NCBI GenBank assembly: GCA_964426545.1
Contig: CAYRQP010000007.1
Location: forward strand, 36,534-100,533
Length of the DNA: 64,000 nucleotides
From: an uncultured bacterium
GTDB taxonomy: Bacteria > Fermentibacterota > Fermentibacteria > Fermentibacterales > JCC-6
Reading direction: 5' to 3'
Shown here piece by piece: positions 48,901-59,322 of the stretch; position 1 is the stretch's first letter, and the number at the start of each line of letters is the position of its first letter. A model generated the notes under the pieces. That model did no database searches, was not told where the DNA came from, and was given only the letters and a program-made list of their open reading frames with translations. A program made the position numbers and the translations under genes.

Positions 48901-50007
48901 ATGAAATACTGTATTTCGATATTTCTGCTAACTGCGTTTGTTTTTGCAGATAATCTCGATACACAACTCAGTGATACGCATGAAATCATAGCACAGCTTC
49001 GGGAAGATGAGGCAGCTGTAGAAGACATTCTCTCAGCTATCCATGATTATCTTGCTGCTGCAAGGGAGCAGTACAACGAACTTGCTCTCGAAGAGACATC
49101 TCTCTTGCGCGAGTTAAGTACCCTTGAGGATAGAATCTATGCAGAGAATTCTTTGAAGGACGAACTGATTGAAAGCATATCTACTTACATGATTTATCTT
49201 TACTCTCACAGGAATCTCAGCGGGTTTGCTACCTTTTTTGTCGATGGCGGTTTCAGCACGATGCTGCGGAGACAGGCATATATAGACTACCTTGTCGGAA
49301 AAGCAGGGGGTGAGGTACTGCTTCTCTCTATGAGTCAGGATTCTCTTGAAATATATACCGACAGTCTCGTTAGAATGCTGAATGATGTTCAGGTATGCAG
49401 GAATGAGATGGAGGGGATACAGGAGAGTTTCTATGTTGAGGAGGAAATACAGGCGGAATTGATGCTTGAACTGGAGGAGAGAATAGCATGCGCCGAAGAC
49501 TCCATAAAGAGACTTGAAGACCGGCAAAGCAGGTCTAGTTTTGTTACCAGTGTGAGTAGTTCTGGGTCAAGCAGTAGTGCTTTTACTGTGCATCCGTCAG
49601 CGGACAGTTGGTTGGAGAATAATAAAGGAAATGTATCCTGGCCGGCCGGTGGTACGGTAATAAAACATTTCGGAGTGTACGAGCATCCTGAATATGGAAC
49701 AGAGTTATCGAACGATGGAATAACGGTCGCAACCAATAATGATAGTCAGGTCTGTTCGGTAGCAGGTGGAATTGTGCTGTATGCCAGTGAGTTTCTCAAT
49801 ATGGGAAAGATGGTTATTGTAGACCATGTGGATGGTTTATATACAGTTTATGGTTATCTTGGAAGTTTACAGGTCAGCCTGGGCGAAGAAATAGAAACAG
49901 GGGAAGTACTGGGAGCCCCGGGGACACTGCCTGGGAGAAGAACAGGATACTATTTTGAAATACGTCAGGGCGGTACTCCCGTTAATCCGGAGGGATATTT
50001 AAGATAA
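48901..50007 (+). CDS. M23 family metallopeptidase with N-terminal coiled-coil (EnvC-like murein hydrolase activator/peptidase)
   Basis: Signal peptide and a long coiled coil. C-terminal LytM-type region with HxxxD- and HxH-like motifs (IVDHVDGLYTVYGYL...GYYFEIRQGG). Confidence 0.65.
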   Translation: MKYCISIFLLTAFVFADNLDTQLSDTHEIIAQLREDEAAVEDILSAIHDYLAAAREQYNELALEETSLLRELSTLEDRIYAENSLKDELIESISTYMIYLYSHRNLSGFATFFVDGGFSTMLRRQAYIDYLVGKAGGEVLLLSMSQDSLEIYTDSLVRMLNDVQVCRNEMEGIQESFYVEEEIQAELMLELEERIACAEDSIKRLEDRQSRSSFVTSVSSSGSSSSAFTVHPSADSWLENNKGNVSWPAGGTVIKHFGVYEHPEYGTELSNDGITVATNNDSQVCSVAGGIVLYASEFLNMGKMVIVDHVDGLYTVYGYLGSLQVSLGEEIETGEVLGAPGTLPGRRTGYYFEIRQGGTPVNPEGYLR

Positions 50008-51105
50008 ATGCAGGTATTCAAGAAACTCACAGGGCAGAAGAAAGCACTGGGTCTTCTAGATGCAACCTATACAGCAGGCAGACTGGCGCATGCTTATCTC
50101 TTTGCCGGCATATCAGGAACAGGCAGACTGACAGCAGCACTTGAACTGGCAGCATCAAGAATGTGTGTGGAGACAGATCAGGGATATTGCGGAGAGTGTA
50201 GGGATTGCACGAGAGTATTTTCATTCGAGCATCCAGATGTACATCTGACATTTCCGAAAATCGGCAAAACCACTCCCGAGGAAATACAGATATTAATCTC
50301 CCAACGTATTACAGATGGAATATCACCAATCAGGATCGAGGGGAATGCTGCGATTCGAATAGATCAAATCCGGGAGATAGAACACAGACTCAGTCGAAAA
50401 GCATTTGAAGGAAACGGTCATTTCGAGATTATTTCCGAGGCTGACAGAATGACGCACGAAGCAGCAAATGCCCTCTTGAAAACACTCGAAGAACCTCCCA
50501 ATGATACTATCATCATACTCATAAGTTCAACATGGACACACCTGTTGTCTACTGTCAGGTCGAGAGCTCATCTCATTAGATTCAATAGATTGAATTCAAA
50601 GCAGATAGAAGACGAATTGATGAGAAGGAATGACCTAACCCGGGACGAAGCGGCAGCCTTTGCGGTAAGAGCGGACGGCAGTATCGGTAAAGCTCTTCTG
50701 CTTGCAGGCGGAATATCAGCGCAGAAGAGTGACATGCACCCTGAAGATATCCTGAAGCGGATAATGCGGTGTAAGAGCCCTGCAGGAGTATTGTCCCTTG
50801 GACAGGAAATATCGAGCAAACTGGGTAGGGAGGGAGCATTGATTCTCTCAGGGGAAGTCCAGTCCTTCCTTCACGACGTAAAGAGAGTTAATCTTGGGCT
50901 TGAACCGATCTCATTTTCGGCAGCTGTAATCAAAAAGGCCGCTAAGATTCCCTGCGAAGTTGCATCGGAAGGCATAAAACTATTTCTATCGGCATATTAC
51001 AGGCTTAAGAGAAATGCAGTCGCCGGGATGGTTCTCTCAGCAGCATTTCTTGGATTTTGGACAGATATGAAGGAGAATGCGGGAAAGGAAAACCGGGTTG
51101 AATAA
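50008..51105 (+). CDS. holB: DNA polymerase III subunit delta-prime
   Basis: AHAYLFAGISGTGR (AAA+ with degenerate Walker A), zinc module CGECRDC and sensor motifs (T/SRA). Confidence 0.75.
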   Translation: MQVFKKLTGQKKALGLLDATYTAGRLAHAYLFAGISGTGRLTAALELAASRMCVETDQGYCGECRDCTRVFSFEHPDVHLTFPKIGKTTPEEIQILISQRITDGISPIRIEGNAAIRIDQIREIEHRLSRKAFEGNGHFEIISEADRMTHEAANALLKTLEEPPNDTIIILISSTWTHLLSTVRSRAHLIRFNRLNSKQIEDELMRRNDLTRDEAAAFAVRADGSIGKALLLAGGISAQKSDMHPEDILKRIMRCKSPAGVLSLGQEISSKLGREGALILSGEVQSFLHDVKRVNLGLEPISFSAAVIKKAAKIPCEVASEGIKLFLSAYYRLKRNAVAGMVLSAAFLGFWTDMKENAGKENRVE

Positions 51106-51130
51106 GAAGGAGAATCGAAACAACCATGAT

Positions 51131-52006
51131 ATGCGATATAATGCAATAGAGTATTTCCAACTGATATTCAGTGCAAAAAGACTGGAAATATTTGCCAATT
51201 GTTCGAAGTCTCCTGTAAACATTGGTGAAATGGTGGTAGTTTCCGTTGACAGGGGCGAAGACATGGGAAGAGTACTGCAAAAATACGATCTGTTGACTCC
51301 TGTGGGTCCTGTTATCGGAGAACTGGTGCGAGTTGCAGAACAGGAAGATACCGATCAGTTCGAACAGAACAGAGTCTATGAAGACAAGGTTCTGGAGTTC
51401 TGCAAAGAGAGGGTTAAAACCAGGAAGCTTGACATGCGTTTATCCTGTTGTGAAGCGCAGCTGGACAGAAGAAAAATCAGAATATACTTTACGGCAGACC
51501 ATCGCATGGACTTTCGAGGTCTTGTGAGGGATCTTGCAAGCCGATTTCATGCACGGATAGAAATGCGTCAAATAGGGGTCAGGGATGATGCCAGAAAGAA
51601 AGGCGGACTCGGTCCCTGCGGCAGGCAGTTCTGCTGTGCATCACACCTGTGTAAATTCAAAACTATTAGCCTGAAGAATGTAAGAGACCAGAATCTTCCG
51701 CAGAATCCATACAAAGTATCCGGAGTCTGCAGTAGATTACTGTGCTGCCTTGATTATGAAATGGAATTCTACCGCAGGGCTGATAAATTCTATCCCCAAA
51801 TCGGTTCTGAAGTAAGAATAGGGAACCATAACGGTAAAGTAATCTCGATAGATATCTTTAATGAGACCGTCTTACTCACGATGGATGATGACAGCGAAAA
51901 GGAAATGGACATAGAAGATTATCACCGCAGGAAAAAACCGGTCAAGACCCTGAAAGAGAAACAGTCCACACCATCTCCTAAAGAAGATAAACGGAGAAAA
52001 CAATGA
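51131..52006 (+). CDS. PSP1 C-terminal domain protein (YaaT/RicT-like)
   Basis: Conserved PSP1 region with a Cys cluster (GPCGRQFCCASHL...CSRLLCCL). holB-yaaT-like synteny. Start chosen at the internal ATG at 51131 to avoid overlap with holB. Confidence 0.6.
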   Translation: MRYNAIEYFQLIFSAKRLEIFANCSKSPVNIGEMVVVSVDRGEDMGRVLQKYDLLTPVGPVIGELVRVAEQEDTDQFEQNRVYEDKVLEFCKERVKTRKLDMRLSCCEAQLDRRKIRIYFTADHRMDFRGLVRDLASRFHARIEMRQIGVRDDARKKGGLGPCGRQFCCASHLCKFKTISLKNVRDQNLPQNPYKVSGVCSRLLCCLDYEMEFYRRADKFYPQIGSEVRIGNHNGKVISIDIFNETVLLTMDDDSEKEMDIEDYHRRKKPVKTLKEKQSTPSPKEDKRRKQ

Positions 52007-54000
52007 CAAGATATCTCGTAACGAGTGCATTGCCTTACGCAAACGGTCCTCTGCACCTGGGACATCTTGCCGGAGCCTATCTGCCTGCGGACATATATGT
52101 ACGGTTCCTTCGAATCAATGATGAAGATGTTCTATATATCTGCGGAACGGATGAACACGGGGTTCCCATAACAATAACGGCGGAGAAAATGGGAATTACG
52201 CCAAGAGAAGTAGTAGATAAGTATCACGAGATAATCAAGGACAACTTTGCAGAATTTGGAATTTCCTTTGATAATTTTTCGAGGACTGAGAAACCGGAAC
52301 ACTATGTATTTGCGCAGGAAGTATTTCTTAAACTACTGGACAGGGGATATATTGAAAAGAAACCCACTAAACAGTTTTTTTGCAGCAAATGTGACCGTTA
52401 TCTTCCCGATAGATATGTGGGCGGGACATGTCCGGAGTGCGATACAGAAGGTGCAAAGGGTGATCAGTGTGAGAGCTGCGGAAGCTGGTTGAATGCACTC
52501 GAATTGAAGGAACCTGAATGTGCTTTGTGCGGTTCTTCTCCGGAAATACGGGAGACAATCCATTACTTCCTTAAACTCGATGAGTTTCAAAGCTGGCTGG
52601 AAGAGTGGTTCGAAGGTCATGGAGACTGGAAGAATAATGTCCTGAATTACTGCAAAGGGTGGCTGAAAGACGGGCTCAGGGAAAGGGCGATTACAAGAGA
52701 CCTAAGTTGGGGGGTTCCCGTCCCTGTGGAAGGGGCTGAAGGAAAAGTCCTTTATGTCTGGTTCGAAGCACTCCTCGGATATGTAAGCAGTACTATCGAA
52801 TATTTCAGGGATAAGAAAGAACAGTCCGACTGGGAAAAGTACTGGAAGGATAAGGATACCCGTATTGTCCACTTCATCGGAAAGGACAATATAGTATTTC
52901 ATGCGGTGATAGAACCCGCAGTATTGCACGGATTAGGTGACTATATACTTCCCTGGAATGTACCTGCAAACGAATATCTGAACATTGCGGGAGAAAAGTT
53001 TTCTACCAGTCGCGGCAGGGCAATCTGGATGAAGGATTATCTCGAACATTTCCCGCCAGACCCCATGAGATACGCTCTCGCAATAAATGCACCTGAAAGC
53101 CGTGATACTGATTTCTCATGGGATGAGTTCCGGGTACGGAACAATGAGCTTGCTGATGTTTTTGGCAACTTCGTAAACAGGACGCTTAAGTTTGCACAGT
53201 CTTTCTTCGACGGGAAGGTACCCGATAATATTAATTTGGGAAAGGCGGAAAAGGATCTGCTTAATCTGGCTGTGAATACGCGGAATGAGATATCTGAACT
53301 CATTCGGAATTTCAAGTTGAAGAAAGCCTGTCTTTCTGCAATGGACCTGGCACGTACCGGGAATAGATATTTCGATTCTGCTCAGCCGTGGAAGACAGCA
53401 AAAACCAATCAGCAGGCATGTGCAAATACGATCTATACCTGTATTCAACTTGCGGATACGCTTCGAATCCTGTTATACCCTTTCATTCCTTTTACCTGTG
53501 AGAGAACGGCCAGGATGCTCAGTCGGACAACGGTGAAATGGGACGAAGCAGGACTTGAAAACCTGGAATCCGGACATAAACTCGGCAAACCGGAAATACT
53601 GCTTGAAAAACTCAAAAAGGGATTTGAAAAGATCTTTGAAGAAAAGAAGGTTAGAGTGGAACAGAAAGAAGAAACAGCATCAATCACTTATGATGACTTC
53701 ATGAAGACAGATCTGCGGGTGGGCATCATCGAAGAAGTTTCAGACATAGAGGGAGCGGATAAGTTATACAAATTAGTTGTTTCCCTCGGTGACGAAACAA
53801 GGGAACTCGTTGCGGGAATTAAACAACATTACTCCCGACAGGATTTGGTTGGCAGAAAAGTTGTGGTAGTCTCCAATCTTGCACCGGCAAAGATAAGGGG
53901 AGTGGTAAGCTGCGGAATGATTCTTGCCGCAGACGGACCCGGTGGAGTCAGGCTTGTTGAACCGGCATCTGATTCAGAACTGGGTGATAGAGTTCGCTGA
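52003..54000 (+). CDS. metG: methionine--tRNA ligase with C-terminal tRNA-binding (EMAP-like) domain
   Basis: LPYANGPLHLGHLAG, GTDEHG and zinc knuckles CSKCDR...CPECD...CESCGS. Also the C-terminal OB-fold region. ATGA overlap with the upstream gene. Confidence 0.9.
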   Translation: MTRYLVTSALPYANGPLHLGHLAGAYLPADIYVRFLRINDEDVLYICGTDEHGVPITITAEKMGITPREVVDKYHEIIKDNFAEFGISFDNFSRTEKPEHYVFAQEVFLKLLDRGYIEKKPTKQFFCSKCDRYLPDRYVGGTCPECDTEGAKGDQCESCGSWLNALELKEPECALCGSSPEIRETIHYFLKLDEFQSWLEEWFEGHGDWKNNVLNYCKGWLKDGLRERAITRDLSWGVPVPVEGAEGKVLYVWFEALLGYVSSTIEYFRDKKEQSDWEKYWKDKDTRIVHFIGKDNIVFHAVIEPAVLHGLGDYILPWNVPANEYLNIAGEKFSTSRGRAIWMKDYLEHFPPDPMRYALAINAPESRDTDFSWDEFRVRNNELADVFGNFVNRTLKFAQSFFDGKVPDNINLGKAEKDLLNLAVNTRNEISELIRNFKLKKACLSAMDLARTGNRYFDSAQPWKTAKTNQQACANTIYTCIQLADTLRILLYPFIPFTCERTARMLSRTTVKWDEAGLENLESGHKLGKPEILLEKLKKGFEKIFEEKKVRVEQKEETASITYDDFMKTDLRVGIIEEVSDIEGADKLYKLVVSLGDETRELVAGIKQHYSRQDLVGRKVVVVSNLAPAKIRGVVSCGMILAADGPGGVRLVEPASDSELGDRVR

Positions 54001-54031
54001 TTTCTTCCAGCGAATGTAAATTGGAGTCCAA

Positions 54032-55237
54032 TTGCGTATATGCGATATAAATGACCAGTATTCCCCTACAGGCGGCGGAATACGCACCTATCATCTCAAA
54101 AAACTGGAGTATTTCAAATCAAATCCGAATCACGAAGCCGCGCTGGTAATACCCGGAGACTGCTGCAGCAGGAAAACTGACGGTAATACTTCCATCTATA
54201 AGATTGATTCTATTCCTATGGCCGGATCAGGTTATCGGCTGGTTGTGGAAGACAGCGGTATCGACTCAATGCTGACAGATTTCCAGCCTGACATAATCGA
54301 GATTGGAAGCCCTTATCTGCTGCCATGGTTGACAAAAAGGGCACTTGGTGGATTGAATATACCGACAGTCGGGTTCTATCACTGTGATTTTCCTGACTGT
54401 TATGTCAGACCGATAGTAGAAACAGTGTTGCCGGGGAAGGCCGCAGACTTATCGGTCAGGGTTGCTTCAGGTTATGCGGGATTAGTCTATTCGCAAATGA
54501 CGGCAGTATTCGGTGCCACCCGTGTTGTACTCCGAAAACTCAGGAAGGCCGGAGTGAAGCGGTTGTTTCTCACACCTCTCGGAGTCGATACGGAATTATT
54601 CACCCCCAATGCAGCATCTGAGTTGCTCCGCCGTGACCTCGGGATTACGGGCGGAAAAAAACTGCTTCTCTACATGGCACGGATACAAAAAGAAAAAGGG
54701 ATTGACCAATTGATGAGGGTATATCCGCTTATCAGACGTCCTGCGGCATTCACTCTTGTCATTGCAGGACGCGGGCCGCTCAGCAGTAGAGTAGACAGTT
54801 TTGTCGAAAAATACCCGGAGGTAAAACGCCTGCAGTACATTTCAAGCAGGGAGGATGCAGCTGAACTTATGGCTTCGGCGGATGTATACCTTTCGCTGGG
54901 ACATGCAGAGTCATTCGGTCTTGCAGGTCTCGAGGCAATCTCATCAGGCACGCTTCCCGTATTCACCGATTCCGGCGGAGCCTGCGAAATGGCAGAAGAC
55001 CTGGGAATGCTCTCTCCTTATGAAAATGCGGATATAGTGTCTCTTGCATCATCTATCGGGAAAGCATTTGCCACATTGGACGGAACCACAGTGAGTAAAT
55101 TACGAGCTTATGCAGAACCCCGGGGCTGGAAGGGTGTATTCCAAAGAATGGAACTATTTTACAGCAGAATCATTGAAGCGCATAGAAAAGGTGATATCGA
55201 ATCACTGGAATCTCCCGACGGCTGGTGGGAAGTATAA
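54032..55237 (+). CDS. glycosyltransferase family 4
   Basis: MRICDINDQYSPTGGGIRTY N-terminus (TTG start in the track). C-terminal GT-B domain with ESFGLAGLEAISSGTLPV. Confidence 0.6.
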   Translation: MRICDINDQYSPTGGGIRTYHLKKLEYFKSNPNHEAALVIPGDCCSRKTDGNTSIYKIDSIPMAGSGYRLVVEDSGIDSMLTDFQPDIIEIGSPYLLPWLTKRALGGLNIPTVGFYHCDFPDCYVRPIVETVLPGKAADLSVRVASGYAGLVYSQMTAVFGATRVVLRKLRKAGVKRLFLTPLGVDTELFTPNAASELLRRDLGITGGKKLLLYMARIQKEKGIDQLMRVYPLIRRPAAFTLVIAGRGPLSSRVDSFVEKYPEVKRLQYISSREDAAELMASADVYLSLGHAESFGLAGLEAISSGTLPVFTDSGGACEMAEDLGMLSPYENADIVSLASSIGKAFATLDGTTVSKLRAYAEPRGWKGVFQRMELFYSRIIEAHRKGDIESLESPDGWWEV

Positions 55238-55435
55238 ATTTAGGAACAAAAGGGAAAGATAGTATATTCCTGTATGAGATTGGAATGTTACATAGATGGA
55301 TAAACCAACTAAACTAAGCGAAAAAATAATGATATTTAACCTGATAGAATTTGATTACGGAACGATAACAATACTGGCGGCACTTGCATTCCTCGGACAG
55401 ATGCTCCGGCTGCTTCTTACAGGGGGGCATCGCTG

Positions 55436-56071
55436 ATGGGACCGGAAACACCTTTTATAATAATCGTTGTCTTTTTTAGTGTTGTCTGTCACGAGATTGC
55501 TCATGGTTATGTTGCTCTTCGACTGGGCGACCCTACTGCTTATAATGCCGGACGGTTGTCCTTCAACCCAATTCCGCATATCGACATCTTCGGGACGATT
55601 ATTCTGCCGATAATGTTCATAGTTATGAACAGCCCTGTAATGCTGGCATGGGCAAAACCGGTACCGGTCAACCCCGCTTATTTCAGGGATCCTAAGAAAG
55701 GGATGATGTGGGTTGCAATAGCAGGACCCGCAACAAATCTTCTGATAGCCATGCTGCTTACGGGAATACTCCACCTTACCCGCATCTTCAGTATTGCCCT
55801 GCCCGAAATAATCATATCTGTATTGGTGTACGGTGCAATAATCAACCTATTATTAATGGTTTTTAACCTTGTACCCGTACCGCCGCTTGACGGAAGCAGA
55901 ATCGTTGCTAATTTTCTTAGCGGAAAAGCACTCTGGAATTACAGACGGCTGGAACGCTACGGCTTATTCATAGTATTCGGACTCTTATGGCTCGGATTGT
56001 TCCGTTTTCTCCTTCCTATTATAGGTGTTATTGCATCGATACTCGGACTCACGCACTGGATTGGAATTTAA
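55436..56071 (+). CDS. site-2 protease family zinc metalloprotease (SpoIVFB-like, stand-alone)
   Basis: HEIAHGYVA (HExxH) inside TM1, plus a PxxP/LDG region (LVPVPPLDGSRI). Confidence 0.65.
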   Translation: MGPETPFIIIVVFFSVVCHEIAHGYVALRLGDPTAYNAGRLSFNPIPHIDIFGTIILPIMFIVMNSPVMLAWAKPVPVNPAYFRDPKKGMMWVAIAGPATNLLIAMLLTGILHLTRIFSIALPEIIISVLVYGAIINLLLMVFNLVPVPPLDGSRIVANFLSGKALWNYRRLERYGLFIVFGLLWLGLFRFLLPIIGVIASILGLTHWIGI

Positions 56072-57589
56072 ATGTATAGAATCATGTTACTTATCATTGC
56101 AGCTTTGACTTTTGCAGGCACAGTTTATGACTACACTCCGGTAACCACCAACACTGACCCTGGTTATGTTCCCAGTACATATCAGGAGTGGCTGGACGGA
56201 CAGCCTGTTCCTGTCCCGCTTGAAGTAACTTCCATAGCGAAGACCGCTACCCGCGGAACTGAGTTCGTGATAGTATGTGAAGTGGGAATAACAGACAGCA
56301 TCGGCACCGAACTGCTGGAGCAGTGGATGGCCGATATTGCGAATCAGGGGCTTTCAGTCGAAGCGGTCGAAGTCACATACAGTACCCATGTCGAGATGAA
56401 AGACTATCTGACAGAATTATGGGAAAACGGGCTTAAAGGTGCGGTTCTTGTAGGAAATCTCCCTGCTGCGTGGGGTGCACTCGGAGATCAGTTCCTCGAT
56501 TCGGACGAGACGTTCCCAAGCGATTATTACTATATGGACCTCGATGGAATCTGGGAGGACAACTGGGTGGGCTATCCTTCTGCCGGAATTCCAGGAACGG
56601 ATGGAATATTCGACACATGGTCGGGAAATCTGGAGCCTGAAATCTATGTCGGAAGAATAAAAGTAGATAACATGACGGCATATTTTCCCGATCCGATGGA
56701 CCTTCTTCGTGATTATCTCGAACGGAATCATCAGTGGCGGGTTGAAGGTGATCCTGAACCCCTGACAGCCCTTTGTTATGTAGACAACGACTGGTCATAC
56801 TGGGGACCCGGGTATCAGGGTGCAATGGAGTACCTTTATCAGAACACAGTTCTTGTGTCACAGGTAGATTCAACCAACGGAACGGATTATCTCGAAAATC
56901 GTCTTCCTGACAATTATGTCTGGATAAGTCCTTTTGTTCATTCCGGCCCCACTGTTCATCAATGGAATCCGGGACCTTATACATACTGGGACGATATTGT
57001 GCCGGCACAGCCGCAGGCGCATTTCTATAATCTCTTTGCCTGTTCCAATTCCCGTTTCACGACCCAGCGGAATATGGGGGCCGTTTATACATTTTGCACA
57101 GATACGGGGCTTGCTTCGATTGGAAGCACAAAGAGCGGTTCGATGCTTCAGTTTACAATGTTCTACCTTCCGCTTGGTATAGGACGCTCTCTTGGTGAGT
57201 CCTATCAGGAATGGTGGGACTACATAGCCATCGATGGTCTTAACTTTGACGAGAAGTCCTGGCACCTTGGAATGGTACTGCTTGGTGATCCGACGCTTAT
57301 ACCGGCTATGCATATGCTTGGAATAGAAGAAGGTGATGTTAGCCCGCACAACCCTGAAATCCTTCTCACAATTGAAGGCAATCCCTGCAGGTCAACGGCT
57401 GTCATCGCTACAAATATTCAATCAGGTACTGTCGAAGTGCATGACACTTCGGGAAGGCTTGTTTACACCGACGAACTCTCAGACGGCAGAGCCACTATTT
57501 ACGCCGAAGATCTGAATACGGGAATGTACTTTGTTCGCGTCGTATCAGGCGTGTCAGAAGCAACAGAATCATTACTTGTCCTGCGGTAG
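56072..57589 (+). CDS. putative clan-CD (gingipain/C25-like) cysteine peptidase with T9SS type-A C-terminal sorting domain
   Basis: Candidate catalytic dyad in FVHSGP...LFACSNS (His then Ala-Cys). C-terminal GRLVYT...GMYFVRVVSG...SLLVLR matches the Por_Secre_tail pattern. The peptidase assignment is tentative. Confidence 0.4.
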   Translation: MYRIMLLIIAALTFAGTVYDYTPVTTNTDPGYVPSTYQEWLDGQPVPVPLEVTSIAKTATRGTEFVIVCEVGITDSIGTELLEQWMADIANQGLSVEAVEVTYSTHVEMKDYLTELWENGLKGAVLVGNLPAAWGALGDQFLDSDETFPSDYYYMDLDGIWEDNWVGYPSAGIPGTDGIFDTWSGNLEPEIYVGRIKVDNMTAYFPDPMDLLRDYLERNHQWRVEGDPEPLTALCYVDNDWSYWGPGYQGAMEYLYQNTVLVSQVDSTNGTDYLENRLPDNYVWISPFVHSGPTVHQWNPGPYTYWDDIVPAQPQAHFYNLFACSNSRFTTQRNMGAVYTFCTDTGLASIGSTKSGSMLQFTMFYLPLGIGRSLGESYQEWWDYIAIDGLNFDEKSWHLGMVLLGDPTLIPAMHMLGIEEGDVSPHNPEILLTIEGNPCRSTAVIATNIQSGTVEVHDTSGRLVYTDELSDGRATIYAEDLNTGMYFVRVVSGVSEATESLLVLR

Positions 57590-57596
57590 ATACCGC

Positions 57597-57639
57597 GGGG
57601 ACGGAGGAGTGTCTCGGATAGAACACTCCTCCGTCCCCA
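57597..57639. repeat. palindromic element GGGGACGGAGGAGTG-N12-CACTCCTCCGTCCCC at convergent gene ends
   Basis: 15-bp perfect stem read from the sequence. Same stem sequence as at 23561-23664 and 58387-58429. Confidence 0.8.
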
Positions 57640-57643
57640 ATTT

Positions 57644-58309
57644 TTAGAACTCAGATTTAATCTCTCCCCATGTACTTGGTGTAAGCCCGGCATCACCATA
57701 GAGATTGAAAAAACATTCGAAGGCGACTGAATTCCAGGTCGCACCATTGTCATTGCTCCAGCATGAAGCCTCTGCCCATAACTGGTCTGCAACGACCCAA
57801 TTTACATGCTCGGAAGCGGAAACGGCCTGAACACCGAGCCAGAATGTTTCTCCTGCAACAACAGAAAAGCCATCTCCCAGGTCTACTGTAACGGCAAAGA
57901 TGTCATTCCCGGCGAGGTCGTCTCCCGTATCCACCTCGGCAATCTGGGATGAAGGAATTGTTTCATTCCATACAATAGTTCCCGGGCACGGGGTATCCGC
58001 TGTATCATTTGTATAAACAAACAAATTAAGGTCAAGCGGGTGGGTTGTCCCGAAATAAACAAGCCAGAGTTCAAGCTGATTGACGGTACCGCCTGACGAA
58101 AGAACGAAATCATCAGCCCCCAGATAGGTTCCCCCGCTGGCAATTTGAAAAGCATCCTTGGCATTTGCAAAGTCATATGGCTGTGAGTAGAGAGTACCGT
58201 CTGCGAGTGGAGGGGGTGTCACGGGAGATTGCGGTGTAGTATCAATCATAATTGTGGCAAATGCTGCAACGGTAAAGAATATCAGTACAAAAGTTGACCA
58301 GCGTTTCAT
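57644..58309 (-). CDS. small secreted protein, paralog A (unknown function)
   Basis: Signal peptide MKRWSTFVLIFFTVAAFA. About 60% identical by eye to the adjacent paralog. Conserved LYSQPYDF, VDTGDD, GETxWxGVQ, CWSxDNGATW and a C-terminal GLTPSTWGxIKSEF. Confidence 0.45.
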   Translation of the reverse strand: MKRWSTFVLIFFTVAAFATIMIDTTPQSPVTPPPLADGTLYSQPYDFANAKDAFQIASGGTYLGADDFVLSSGGTVNQLELWLVYFGTTHPLDLNLFVYTNDTADTPCPGTIVWNETIPSSQIAEVDTGDDLAGNDIFAVTVDLGDGFSVVAGETFWLGVQAVSASEHVNWVVADQLWAEASCWSNDNGATWNSVAFECFFNLYGDAGLTPSTWGEIKSEF

Positions 58310-58386
58310 AAAGAACCTCCTGTTATAGTTTAAAGTCTATGATACAATTCCGAAATGTCATTGCTATGTCAAGGAAGGTAAGGAAT

Positions 58387-58429
58387 GGGGACGGAGGAGT
58401 GTTTTATACGGCACACTCCTCCGTCCCCA
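58387..58429. repeat. palindromic element GGGGACGGAGGAGTG-N12-CACTCCTCCGTCCCC
   Basis: Second copy of the same 15-bp stem, immediately 3' of paralog B. Confidence 0.8.
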
Positions 58430-58434
58430 ATGAC

Positions 58435-59133
58435 TTAGAACTCAGATTTGATATGTCCCCATGTGCTGGGTGTAAGTCCTGTTTTCTGATTTAGGTTGAA
58501 GAAGCACTCGTAGGTATCAGAGCCAAGCCCATCCCAGGTAGCACCATTATCAGCACTCCAACAGGCATTCATTGCCCAGAGTGGGTCGGCAACGAGCCAA
58601 TATACAGCATCGCTTCCAACTGACTGTACTCCGAACCAGTGAGTTTCACCTGCAGGAATGGCAAAACCGTTGCCGAGATCTACAGTGACATGATAAATGT
58701 CATATCCCCACTGGTCATCACCTGTATCTACATCTGTAATCTGTGCTGCAGGAATTGTAGCACTCCATGCGGTACCTCCGGGACGAGGCCCCGTGTCACT
58801 TTCATCGTTGGTATAGACATACATATTGAGGTCGACAGGGTGTGAAACGGCATAGATTAGCCATAGTTCGACCTGATCTACATGCCCGTCAGAAGTTAGG
58901 GCGAAATCATCTGCGCCGATATACTGATCTCCGCTTGCTACGCTGATACCGTTTACAAGGTTGGAAAAGTCGTAGGGCTGTGAATAGAGTGAACCATCTG
59001 CAGGTGGTGGCGGTTCGCTGCTGTGTGACGGTATTCTTCCGAGTTCGAAGCCGGATGAACGATGAATGCCGACAATCGTGGCAAAAGCCGCGAAAGTAAA
59101 GAAGACGATAACAAAAATGGACCAAAGTTTCAT
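58435..59133 (-). CDS. small secreted protein, paralog B (unknown function)
   Basis: Signal peptide MKLWSIFVIVFFTFAAFA. Tandem paralog of 57644-58309. Confidence 0.45.
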   Translation of the reverse strand: MKLWSIFVIVFFTFAAFATIVGIHRSSGFELGRIPSHSSEPPPPADGSLYSQPYDFSNLVNGISVASGDQYIGADDFALTSDGHVDQVELWLIYAVSHPVDLNMYVYTNDESDTGPRPGGTAWSATIPAAQITDVDTGDDQWGYDIYHVTVDLGNGFAIPAGETHWFGVQSVGSDAVYWLVADPLWAMNACWSADNGATWDGLGSDTYECFFNLNQKTGLTPSTWGHIKSEF

Positions 59134-59322
59134 AAAAACCTCCTAATAAGAAATAAACATAACTCTACATATTAAGCATTATTGTATGATATGTTAAGTG
59201 TGTCAAGTAAGAAGAAAGACGGGATATATTCAATCAGGTATATTGCAGGATGGAATTGATATTCATTAGATTTTAAGTGGTATGAGAAAAAATAACAGCA
59301 TGAAAATTGAAAGCACTGCAAA

